Source: Phycisphaerae bacterium (GTDB lineage: Bacteria > Planctomycetota > Phycisphaerae > UBA1845 > Fen-1342). Taken from it: a stretch of DNA of 64,000 nucleotides. Positions 45,012 through 54,143 of this stretch are shown here, piece after piece. Under the pieces are notes generated by a model. The model searched no databases. It saw only the letters and a program-made list of their open reading frames with translations, and was not told the origin of the DNA. Numbering within the stretch: the stretch's first letter is position 1; every line of letters begins with the position of its first letter. The position numbers and the translations under genes are program-made. The stretch covers positions 32,001 through 96,000 of the forward strand of contig JASFQK010000007.1 in the NCBI GenBank assembly GCA_050115495.1, written 5' to 3'.

Positions 45012-46262
45012 TCACCGCGTCCCCGGCTCCGCCGGCAGATCGAGCAGCATCATCACTGAGATAGGCATCGGTGGATACTCGATCCGGACGCGGTACGCCT
45101 CGAACATCTCGCTGTCGAGACCGACACGCTTCATCACATAGCTGGCCAGGTCGACGTAGTCCGGCATCTCCGGCGTGCGAATACCGGAGAGACCCCGCCC
45201 GAGGAATTCAACACGCTGGAAGAGGTCCATCCGATCATCGGCCCGCTGGTCGACATACAGCGATGCCGTTTCCGTCAGGTCGCTGAACACTTTCGGCCGC
45301 GGGGATACCGGGCCGAACAGGTCCCGATGCACGAACTGATCAAGGATCACCACCTCGCACGGGGTGCGCACTTTCGCGCCAACACCCCATTCGCGATTCT
45401 GCTCGCTGCGGTATCGCCCCGGGAGATTCCAGATCACTTCGCCCAGGAGGCAATTGACCACACCCTGCTTGCCGATCTCGCCACCTACCAGTTCATCGCG
45501 AATAATGTCATTGGGCGCGAAGACCCGCCGCACCTCCGATAGGGGATGCGTCGAAAACTCACGCAGGAGCGGAACACCCGCGACAGGATCGGCCTCGTCG
45601 ATCACATCCAGTGGCGTGCGATTCATCGTTGGCTCGTTGCCGCCATCCGCCCGGAGCAGATGCGAGGTTTGGATCGGCCAGGAGACACTCGGCCGGAGCC
45701 GGCGCAATTCGACGAAGCCGCGTACACTCAGGACGTTGAATCGCGTCTGGTCCTCCGCCGGGAACACGAACGCTGTCGCCAACTGAACCCTGGCGTGAAC
45801 CCCCCACGTGAAACTGCTGCCGACGAACGCCGCCTTGCGATAGTCGAGATAGGAGCTCTCCACGACCCGCGCCGCGCAACCGGCCGCGAGCATATCGAAT
45901 GACTCGCGATTGTCGGCGTGCGTCTGCACCAGACGATCGAACTCCTCGATCGCCCTCTCCGCCGCGGCGATGACGCTGGCGTCCACGTTCAGCCCCGCCG
46001 CGGCCGCCAGGAACTTCTTCACCGAGTTCTGCCCGGGCACGTACTGCGCCGCCACGAACGGGTCAGACTCGTACAGCAGCCTGGTGACCTGCCAGCCGAG
46101 CTTCGTGCTCACGCCAAGCGTCTTCGAGAGTTCGTTCGCCCGCTCGATGTCCTTCGGCAAGCCCCGAACGACATCCGCGAAGGCGTCTTTGACACGGGCG
46201 ATGACAGCCGGCGTGTCATTCAGGAACCCCCGACCCGATTCATGTTTGGTGTGCGTAGCCAT
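45012..46262 (-). CDS. Hypothetical protein with N-terminal HTH-like segment (putative regulator)
   Basis: ANELSKTLGVSTKLGWQVTRLL; no signal peptide; promoter TTGAAA-N17-TAGTAT 7 nt upstream of ATG 46262. Confidence 0.7.
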   Translation of the reverse strand: MATHTKHESGRGFLNDTPAVIARVKDAFADVVRGLPKDIERANELSKTLGVSTKLGWQVTRLLYESDPFVAAQYVPGQNSVKKFLAAAAGLNVDASVIAAAERAIEEFDRLVQTHADNRESFDMLAAGCAARVVESSYLDYRKAAFVGSSFTWGVHARVQLATAFVFPAEDQTRFNVLSVRGFVELRRLRPSVSWPIQTSHLLRADGGNEPTMNRTPLDVIDEADPVAGVPLLREFSTHPLSEVRRVFAPNDIIRDELVGGEIGKQGVVNCLLGEVIWNLPGRYRSEQNREWGVGAKVRTPCEVVILDQFVHRDLFGPVSPRPKVFSDLTETASLYVDQRADDRMDLFQRVEFLGRGLSGIRTPEMPDYVDLASYVMKRVGLDSEMFEAYRVRIEYPPMPISVMMLLDLPAEPGTR

Positions 46263-46631
46263 GAGACCCATACTATCGCCTATTCGTGCTGATTTCAAGA
46301 AAACGTTTCACATTCATTTTCGCGAAATCAACTCAACCGCGGTTTCGAGGAAGGCAGAGAGAGGCCCGGCTCAAGTTGTGAGGTGGTATCCGCGCACGCC
46401 CGCGCATCGCGAGTGAATGGGGATTGCTCGGCCTCGCGGATTGTGATTGGAGATATTATAGGTCGTTGCCCGGCACTCGTTTCCTCCCCCCGTGTTCGCC
46501 CGCCGGCGGACGACACGGCGGGGACAACGGGCAGCCGAACTCCCCCAACACCGCCTCAGCGCAAAGAGCACGGCGCGGCGGATGCGGGATCCGACGCGCC
46601 GTGTCGTTTGGTGCCCGATCGCAGAGGCCGC

Positions 46632-47420
46632 TTAGCGGCGACGGATCAGGGCCAGACCGAGCAGCAGACCGGCCAGCGCCGCCGGCTCAGGCACGGTCAC
46701 GAATCGGTCGTAGTTGCCGTAGCCGGCCGCGGGGCCGTCATGGCCGGGGTTGTCCGCTGTGTTCAGCGGCTCGTAAGCCGGGATGGACTCGTTCGAGTTC
46801 CAGCCGCTATCGCTGGTGTACCCCATGAAGAAGTCGAACGCATCGCCAGCCGTGAGGGCCAGATCGGTCAGGGGGATGGCCACTTCGCGGACGGTGGGCT
46901 CGGTGCCGGTGAAGGTGCCGTCCCACGAGACGTAGTTGAGATGGCCGTCGGTGTCGCCAGCGGTCAGCTCGAACAGGCCGATACCCCACTGCGTGATGAC
47001 CAGGCCGAAATCAGGCAGGATCGGGTAGGCGTCGTCCACGTTCAACGTCTGCTCGCTGAGCACGCGGCGGCTGCCGTCAGCCTGATCGTGCATGTCGGCG
47101 TCGAGGAAACCGCCCTCGCGCGTATCGAACATGATCCAGGCGATGTCGTTCAGGTTGTTGCCGGGAGCGAAGCCGATGTACAGATTCGTGTCGTCACTCT
47201 CCATGTACAGCAGGCCGCTGCCCACGGTGCCGCCGAAGCCGGTGCCGCCGCCACCATAGCTGTAGGTGTTACCCACGCCGTACTCGTCGGCGGCGATCAC
47301 ACCGTCGATGGTCGCGCCGTCCAGCGTGGTGTCCACGCGGACGTCGATCAGATCAGCCACCGCCGGCGCCGCAATCAGCGCGAGAATCGGCAGCACCACC
47401 AGAAACCGCTTGCTCATCAT
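46632..47420 (-). CDS. PEP-CTERM sorting-domain protein with DOMON/CBM9-like body
   Basis: AAGGAG RBS; signal peptide; C-terminal VPEPAALAGLLLGLALIRRR. Confidence 0.9.
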   Translation of the reverse strand: MMSKRFLVVLPILALIAAPAVADLIDVRVDTTLDGATIDGVIAADEYGVGNTYSYGGGGTGFGGTVGSGLLYMESDDTNLYIGFAPGNNLNDIAWIMFDTREGGFLDADMHDQADGSRRVLSEQTLNVDDAYPILPDFGLVITQWGIGLFELTAGDTDGHLNYVSWDGTFTGTEPTVREVAIPLTDLALTAGDAFDFFMGYTSDSGWNSNESIPAYEPLNTADNPGHDGPAAGYGNYDRFVTVPEPAALAGLLLGLALIRRR

Positions 47421-47531
47421 CGTTCTCCTTCTCCGTCTCCTTGGGACGCTCCAGAACCTATCGAAGCCGTACACGATACACACGGCACCGGGCCGGCGAG
47501 CGGAGGCCCGCCGGCCCAGCGCTGATCGACA

Positions 47532-50117
47532 CTACTGGGTCAGCAGGTACACGAACGGGCTGATGTCGAAGTTGTTGACGATGCCGTCGCAGTTCGTGTC
47601 GGCGGCGGCGTAGTTGCCCGCCGGGTAGGCGTCCTCGAACTCCTGCTGCGTATGCAAAATGGCAAACACGAACGGAGCAATATCGAAATTGTTGACGATT
47701 TCGTCGCCGTTGACGTCACCCTTCAGCAGGCACACGGTCACGATCCTGCCGTCGATGGTGAAGTTCTCGCCCCAGACGTCGACCGAATGCCACATCGGCT
47801 GCGGCGTGATGTACGTATACACCACGTAGTGGCCGGACTCGGTGTAGGTGCCGACCGTCTTGCGGTCGACAAACACGTCGTCGCCCGGCAGCGGCGGCCG
47901 ATCCGGGTTCGTCCAGTCGGGGGTGGACCAGTTCACCGCGACGATGGCGAAGCCGCCGGGCTGGTCGATAGTGATATCGAATTCCATCTCGACACACTTG
48001 GTGTTCTGCTCGACGGCGCCGTTGTACCACCAGGTGTTCCACCAGGGTCCGTCGTAGAGGAACCAGCGATTGCCGAACTCATCCTCCCAGCCGTTGTTGT
48101 TCGGGCCGGGGGTGAAGCCGCCCATACCGTCCATGCTGCCGCTGTAGACCTGGTCGCCGCCGAGCGTCTCGACCATGACCGTGCCGGTGAACGAATCGAC
48201 GTACAGGTTGACGACGTCGCTCGGCCCGGTCGTGGTGAACTCCATGTTGGCGGTGTTGTTGCTGCGCACATCCCAACTGATTGAGTACCACGAGCCGGTA
48301 ACCACGGCCTTCCAGAGCCACGTACCTTCGGGCAGGCCGGTGACGCTGTACTTGTAGATGCCCGGGTCGCCGGTGGGCAGCATCTGCGTGACGGGGTCGT
48401 TGTTGGTCCAATCGCTCCCGCCGACTTCGCTCTGGAAGTCGCCGGCGGCGGTCCAGGTCGCGGGGTCGGTGCTCGTGCCCAGGCGGGCCACGGAGGGGGA
48501 CCAGCCGTCTTCGACCCAGTTGCAATTGTACGTGATCGTGATGGCGCCGAGGGCGTCGGTGTAGCACCAGCTGTTGTGCTCGTACCCGTCGGGGAAGGAG
48601 CGGTCCCAGGTGCCGTCGGTGATCTTGAACTCTTCGAGGTTGTCGGGCGTCAGACCGGTGAAGGTGATCGTCCAAATGTGACTACCGGGTTCCGTTTCGG
48701 TCATCGGGTTGGCGCTGGCGTCCCAGCCGTTCATCGTGCCGGCCACATAGGGCGGCTCGATGGTGAGGCTGCACGGGTCACCGTCGCAGGTGGTGCCGGC
48801 GCCGAGGAAGCGGCCGCCGAGAGCGGAGCACTCGAAGCTCGTGTACACGTAGCACTCGTACTCGATGCAGCAGGCGCCGGGCGTGCACGTGTCTTCGCCG
48901 CAGTACGTGTAGTCGCCGACCCAGGAGCCGAGCAGGTTCTCGGTGCAGTCGAGCTGCGTGGTCTCGACGCAGGTCTCCTCGTCGATGCAGCAGGCGCCGT
49001 AAGGCTCGCAGGGGCAGTAGTCGCAGTTCGTGCCGTCACCGAGGTATTCGCCGCCGGCTCCGGCGCAATCCGCCGCGGTCATCACGCTGCACTCGTAGGG
49101 CAGGCAGCACGCGCCCTGCGGGATCGTGTCGCAGGGGTTCCCGTCGCAACTGGTGTTCTCGTACCAGTCGCCGGCGCAGTCGGCTTCAATCGTCTCAAGG
49201 CAGACCTCGCCCATGCAGCAGGCGCCGTAGGGCGGGCTAACCAGCGGGATGGTGAAGTACTGGTTGAAGGCGATCGTGGTGAAATCGACCAGCCGGGGCT
49301 CGCCCAGGTTGTGGTCGACGAGGCCGAAGAGGCCAGCCAGCACCTGGTTGGACATGGTGTTGCGGTCGGCCGAGTTAATGAAGGCACAAACTTTGAAATC
49401 TCCCGCCGGATTGCCGAGGGCCGCCAGCGGAATAGCCAGTTCGAGGCCGGTGTAGACCCCCGAACCGTTGTCCACACCGTAGCCGCCGGCCACGCCGTCC
49501 AGGTTGCTGTTATCGACCGTGGCCAGGAAGGCGAACGGTGCCGCCGGATCTGCGTCCGCCAGCGCCCCGCCCTCGGTCTGGCAGCGCGCCGCACCGTGTC
49601 CCATGTAATAGGTGACGCCGGGGTTCTCCTCATCGATGTAGAGCTCGGCGTAGCTGACATTGACCGCGGTCGGATCGCCGAACGCGTTGGCCGTGATGAA
49701 GAAGTCCGCCGCGAAATCGGCGTCGAACTTGAGGCCGGGGTTCTCGGCGTCGAGGTAGCCCATGCGCTGGAGGGCGCCGTAGTCGACGTCCGGGTTCGTC
49801 GCCAGGATCTGGTTCTGGCCGCCGGCCCGCGTGTCGAAGAAGATGTCGAGGCGATTACCGTTGGTTTCGAAGTTTCCGGCGAAGACGATGTACAACACGC
49901 CGTCGTCGATCACGGCGTAGGCGGCATCCAGCTCCGAGCCGTTGGCCCAGTCAGGCCGCGGGTCGGTGTTGTCGCCGAAGCCGGTCATCGTGTCCTGATG
50001 CACGATGTCGATGTAGCCGTACTCTACACCCGCCTCGCCGTTGACGATCGGCTGGCCCAGTGCCGGGGCCGCCAGCACGATCAGCGCCGTCAGTGTTCCT
50101 GCAAGCCAATGCCTCAT
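47532..50117 (-). CDS. Secreted multidomain protein: DOMON-like, Cys-rich GACC repeats, starch-binding-like domains, dockerin-like C-terminus
   Basis: AGGAGG RBS; signal peptide; four GACC repeats; YVAGTMNGWD..EFKI and WTAAGDFQ..GIYKY; GDVNGD..NNFDI twice. Confidence 0.8.
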   Translation of the reverse strand: MRHWLAGTLTALIVLAAPALGQPIVNGEAGVEYGYIDIVHQDTMTGFGDNTDPRPDWANGSELDAAYAVIDDGVLYIVFAGNFETNGNRLDIFFDTRAGGQNQILATNPDVDYGALQRMGYLDAENPGLKFDADFAADFFITANAFGDPTAVNVSYAELYIDEENPGVTYYMGHGAARCQTEGGALADADPAAPFAFLATVDNSNLDGVAGGYGVDNGSGVYTGLELAIPLAALGNPAGDFKVCAFINSADRNTMSNQVLAGLFGLVDHNLGEPRLVDFTTIAFNQYFTIPLVSPPYGACCMGEVCLETIEADCAGDWYENTSCDGNPCDTIPQGACCLPYECSVMTAADCAGAGGEYLGDGTNCDYCPCEPYGACCIDEETCVETTQLDCTENLLGSWVGDYTYCGEDTCTPGACCIEYECYVYTSFECSALGGRFLGAGTTCDGDPCSLTIEPPYVAGTMNGWDASANPMTETEPGSHIWTITFTGLTPDNLEEFKITDGTWDRSFPDGYEHNSWCYTDALGAITITYNCNWVEDGWSPSVARLGTSTDPATWTAAGDFQSEVGGSDWTNNDPVTQMLPTGDPGIYKYSVTGLPEGTWLWKAVVTGSWYSISWDVRSNNTANMEFTTTGPSDVVNLYVDSFTGTVMVETLGGDQVYSGSMDGMGGFTPGPNNNGWEDEFGNRWFLYDGPWWNTWWYNGAVEQNTKCVEMEFDITIDQPGGFAIVAVNWSTPDWTNPDRPPLPGDDVFVDRKTVGTYTESGHYVVYTYITPQPMWHSVDVWGENFTIDGRIVTVCLLKGDVNGDEIVNNFDIAPFVFAILHTQQEFEDAYPAGNYAAADTNCDGIVNNFDISPFVYLLTQ

Positions 50118-50333
50118 CGCGCTACCTCCTTTTGGGTGCCGACTACCAGTTACGTTCACTGTTAATGCTCGCGACGCGCCTCCGCACGGGGGCGCGCGTA
50201 CTCCCAGGCTGGTGGAGACGGCGACTTGTCGGCAAGCCGCCGACCGTAGCGGCCGAGACGCTGGCGGCCTCTGGAATGGGGCTACTTCTTCCGCGACTCC
50301 CAGGGGCCTTTGGGCTCGACCCCGAAGCACTTT

Positions 50334-50435
50334 AGTATAGAGGCCTTTGCTGGTGCGGTAAAGCGTTTTCACCCGCCCGGGCCACCGGTGCCCCCTGGCC
50401 TCCAGCTTGATGCACCGGGCGACCGATCCTATACT
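50334..50435. promoter_or_regulatory. Divergent promoters with a LacI/CcpA-type palindrome
   Basis: Minus TTTACC-N17-TATACT (50334-50362); plus TTGATG-N17-TATACT (50407-50435); GTAAAGCGTTTTCA at 50358-50371. Confidence 0.55.
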
Positions 50436-50556
50436 CGGACGGGGCCGGTCGGTTGGCCATCGGGTTCGCGGACCGCGGGCCAGACCTCCGGAACGACAAC
50501 ATCCGGCTGCGGCGGCGTCCGCGGATCAGCGGGCGAACGTTGCGGGAGCGCCTGCC

Positions 50557-51597
50557 ATGCCACGGATTCTCGGACCTTACAGCCGCCGACGGGCCTTTAC
50601 GCTCATTGAGCTGCTCGTCGTCGTCGCCATCATCGCGCTGCTCATCTCGATTCTGCTCCCCAGTCTCAGCGCGGCGCGCGAACAGGCCAAGACCACCAAG
50701 TGCGGCACCGCCCTGCGCGGCATCGGCACGGCCGTCGCCGCCTGTTGGGGTGACAACAACGAGTTCGGGCCGACGTGGGATGACGGCGATTGCGGCGAAC
50801 CCAAGGGCCAGCAGGACTACATGCTTACCTGGGTCGATGTCCTGTTCGACCTGAACTACATGAGCGACCCCAACGGCGGCCGCTGCCCCAAGGATGAGCG
50901 GCCCGACGAGGTCACCCGCATCCGCGGCGAGAGCTGGCAACACCACTTCGTCCGCTCCATGGGCGTCAGCGATCAGGGGCGTCCCGGCGTGCGCACCAGC
51001 TACGCCCTCAACGCCCAGATGCACTACAACTTCCTGGAGGACCGTTTCGAGGATGCGGCCCGCCAGGTCTACGCCATCGACGGCTGGTGGTGCTGGTTCG
51101 GCTCGCTCAACGCCGCCTGGCTCATGGCGCCGTCGGTGATCGGCATGGCCCCGCCGCCGCTGACCTTCCCCGGCGAGGACGGCACGATGGTCGGCTGGCG
51201 GCACGGCCGCGCCCTGCGGGCCGAGGCGCTGTTCTGCGACGGGCACGTGGGCAGCCTGATCCCGCGTGTCCCCCATTCAGTGGACGACCTCCTCTACCAT
51301 ACGGTCGACACCACCCGCGCCTTCACCTGGTTGCCGGGAGAGAGCTCGACGCGCGCCCGCGGCGACGCCTACGGCGATGACAACCCCGAGGGCATGGCCG
51401 GCTACGACCAGACGGGTCGGCCGGAGTGGTACAAACGCAAGACCAGCAACTACGGCGGCAAGTGGCTCGGACGCATCGACCCGAGCAACGGTGACAACTT
51501 CCACCCCTTCGGCATGCCCGAGGAACTCAGCGCGACCTGGCGAACCAACAACAACCGGTGGCGGAACCTCCCCAACGACTCAAACGGCAGGCAGTGA
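50557..51597 (+). CDS. Prepilin-type N-terminal cleavage/methylation protein with H-X9-DG motif (DUF1559-like)
   Basis: AFTLIELLVVVAIIALLISILLPSLSAARE; RHGRALRAEALFCDGHV. Confidence 0.92.
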   Translation: MPRILGPYSRRRAFTLIELLVVVAIIALLISILLPSLSAAREQAKTTKCGTALRGIGTAVAACWGDNNEFGPTWDDGDCGEPKGQQDYMLTWVDVLFDLNYMSDPNGGRCPKDERPDEVTRIRGESWQHHFVRSMGVSDQGRPGVRTSYALNAQMHYNFLEDRFEDAARQVYAIDGWWCWFGSLNAAWLMAPSVIGMAPPPLTFPGEDGTMVGWRHGRALRAEALFCDGHVGSLIPRVPHSVDDLLYHTVDTTRAFTWLPGESSTRARGDAYGDDNPEGMAGYDQTGRPEWYKRKTSNYGGKWLGRIDPSNGDNFHPFGMPEELSATWRTNNNRWRNLPNDSNGRQ

Positions 51598-51600
51598 CGC

Positions 51601-52017
51601 ATGGCCGAGAAACAGCGCAACGTCGTCCTGGGCTCCATCGCGGTCATTGCCCTGCTCGTCGCTCTGTACATGTTCTTCGGCTTCGGGTCGGGGCGGCAGC
51701 GCCCGGATACGTACACCATCCAGGGCTTGTGCCTGGGCTGTCAGCAGGAGGTCAAGCTCTCCTTCGCCGCCGGCGAGCGCGAGCCGTACGAGTGCCCGCA
51801 ATGCCGGCAGATGGCGGTGTATCCGTGGCTGTACTGCTACGAATGCCAGAAGCTGTTCATCCCCAACCTGGTGCGCGGCGCCGACGGTGAGCCGCTGCGC
51901 TACCCCGGCCACCCCGCCTGTCCGGCCTGCCGCACGCAGCACGTCGGCTCGTACGTGCCCGAGCTCCCCACGCAGAAACCCACAGGCAAGCTCCCCCCGC
52001 CGGAATGGTCGCCCTGA
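51601..52017 (+). CDS. Membrane-anchored protein with four CxxC motifs
   Basis: N-terminal TM; CLGC, CPQC, CYEC, CPAC; starts 3 nt after prepilin gene. Confidence 0.8.
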   Translation: MAEKQRNVVLGSIAVIALLVALYMFFGFGSGRQRPDTYTIQGLCLGCQQEVKLSFAAGEREPYECPQCRQMAVYPWLYCYECQKLFIPNLVRGADGEPLRYPGHPACPACRTQHVGSYVPELPTQKPTGKLPPPEWSP

Positions 52018-52203
52018 CGGAGTGATGCCTCGCGTGTAGATCTGGCGGGGGAAGGCACACAGGCAGTAGAATGAGGCGTGCACGTGCGCTGGGCCGACGT
52101 CCGGCCACGCACGCAGCTCCCGCAAGCGGGGTAGCCGGGGCCCCCTCAGCAAGTCGTTCCGCTTCTGGTGCCGGCTGTGTCGCTGCTGGTGAGGAGGTCC
52201 ACC

Positions 52204-53898
52204 ATGTCCTACCTGCTCGCGTTTCTACTGGCGGTCGCAGTCGCCGCGTGTGCGTACCTAGCCTTCGTCTGGTGGCACGAGCGATCGACCCGGCGACAGC
52301 TCGAGCAGGAGAGCGAGGAGTACCGTACGACCGCTGAGCGCCGCCAGCAGCAGATGGAGACGGAACTCGAAAAACGGCGCCGCCAGGTCGCTCGGCTGGC
52401 GAAGTGGGAGAGCGTGGCCGACGCTGTGGACAAGGCGCGGCACCTGCTGGCGTCCGCAGAGGCGAAGTCCGCCCTTGCGGAAGCAAATGCCCAGAACATA
52501 ACGAACGATGCTCGCCAGCAGGCCGACCGGATGTTGGAGGAGGCACGGGTCGAAGCACGCGAGAAGACGGCCGGGGCCCGGGCGAAAGCCAAGCAACTGG
52601 CGGCAGAGGCGGAGACGGCGCTGGCGACGGCGACGAAGACCGCATCCGCCACGGTCCTTGAGGCCAACCGCCGAGCCGAGGAAATCGCCGGCAAAGCGTA
52701 TGACGTGGTTCGCAACGCCGAGTTGTACGAGCAAACCGCCAGAGCGATGAAGAACATCATCGAAGGATACGGAGACGAGTATCTCAAGCCGGCCGCCAGC
52801 CTATTGGACGAACTGGCCGAGGCCTTCGGACACAAGGACGCCGGCCGGCAATTGAAGCTCGCCCGAGAGCATACCGAGTCGATGGTGGACAAGGGGCAGG
52901 CGTCGCGTTGTGAATACGTGGAGACGAGCCGCCGCGAGGGAGCGGAGCGCTTCGTGCTGGATGCGTTCAACGGAAGAGTCGATTCGATTCTGTCTCGCGC
53001 GAGCCACGACAACTATGGCAAGCTCGAACAGGAAATCCAGGACGCGTTCGCCACCGTCAATTTCGGTGGCAAGGCCTTCCGCGAGGCCAGGATCACGGAC
53101 GAGTACCTCGCGGCGCGGCTGGCCGAGTTGAAGTGGGCTGCCGTCGCGCAAGAGCTCAGGAGACGGGAGCAGGAGGAGCAACGGGAGTTCCGCAACTGGA
53201 TTCGCGAAGAGCAGAAGGCCCAACGGGAACTGGAGAAGGCGGCGCGCGAGGCGGCCAAGGAAGAGGATCTGCTGCGTAAGGCGCTGGCCCAGGCTCAGGC
53301 CGAGGTCGCGGCCGCGAGCGAGGAACAGCGGGCCCAGTACGAAGCGCAACTGGCCGAGCTCGGTGTCAAGCTCAAGGAGGCCGAAGAACGCAACCAGCGA
53401 GCCAGGTCCATGGCGCAGCAGACTCGCCGTGGCCACGTGTACATCATCTCCAACATCGGCTCCTTCGGCGAGAACGTGTACAAGATCGGCCTGACCCGCC
53501 GGCTGGACCCGCTGGAGCGTGTCAAGGAACTCGGCGACGCCAGCGTGCCGTTCGAGTTCGACGTCCACGCCATCCTCTACAGCGACGATGCGCCGGCCCT
53601 AGAGACGCAACTGCACAAGCACTTCATCCTGACGCAGATGAACAAGGTCAACCATCGCAAGGAGTTCTTCCGGGCGAATATCGCGGACATCCGGCGTGAG
53701 GTGGAGAGCCTCGGGGTCGAGGCCAAGTGGACGATGCTCGCCGAAGCCCGGGAATACCACGAGACCCTGGCGATCGAACGAGTTATCGAAGGGGACACCG
53801 CAGCACGCGAGGCCTGGTTGAACCGGCAGCTCACGTTGGACCCGGTCGAAGTCCGGGAGGTCGCCACCGAAGATGGGGAATCCTCGGACCCTTCGTGA
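52204..53898 (+). CDS. Membrane-anchored DUF4041 + T5orf172/GIY-YIG nuclease
   Basis: GAGGAGG RBS; N-terminal TM; coiled coil; AFNG..D, YL.ARL.EL; GHVYIISNIGSFGENVYKIGLTRRL..FDVHA..RKEFF. Confidence 0.88.
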   Translation: MSYLLAFLLAVAVAACAYLAFVWWHERSTRRQLEQESEEYRTTAERRQQQMETELEKRRRQVARLAKWESVADAVDKARHLLASAEAKSALAEANAQNITNDARQQADRMLEEARVEAREKTAGARAKAKQLAAEAETALATATKTASATVLEANRRAEEIAGKAYDVVRNAELYEQTARAMKNIIEGYGDEYLKPAASLLDELAEAFGHKDAGRQLKLAREHTESMVDKGQASRCEYVETSRREGAERFVLDAFNGRVDSILSRASHDNYGKLEQEIQDAFATVNFGGKAFREARITDEYLAARLAELKWAAVAQELRRREQEEQREFRNWIREEQKAQRELEKAAREAAKEEDLLRKALAQAQAEVAAASEEQRAQYEAQLAELGVKLKEAEERNQRARSMAQQTRRGHVYIISNIGSFGENVYKIGLTRRLDPLERVKELGDASVPFEFDVHAILYSDDAPALETQLHKHFILTQMNKVNHRKEFFRANIADIRREVESLGVEAKWTMLAEAREYHETLAIERVIEGDTAAREAWLNRQLTLDPVEVREVATEDGESSDPS

Positions 53899-53989
53899 AA
53901 GACTCTCGCCCGCGGTGCCGACATCGGACATCGTACCGAACATGACACAGAGCCGTCGTCTGCCGGCGCGCGAGACGGCTTCCCCGTTC

Positions 53990-54128
53990 GACGTCGGTCA
54001 CGGGGGGCCGACGCTACAGAGAGAACGGACGCATCCTGCGAATCGACGGCCGACACGGAGGTCGGCCGCTACGGCGGCGTGCGGAACGGCGTTCACATTC
54101 GACGTCCGCCACGGGGGGCGAACGTTAC
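53990..54128. repeat. GTAG-type REP cluster (same family as 30050-30110)
   Basis: GACGTCGGTCACGGGGGGCCGACGCTAC and GACACGGAGGTCGGCCGCTAC; further copy at 57893-57921. Confidence 0.75.
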
Positions 54129-54143
54129 TCGGGCGGCGTAGCC

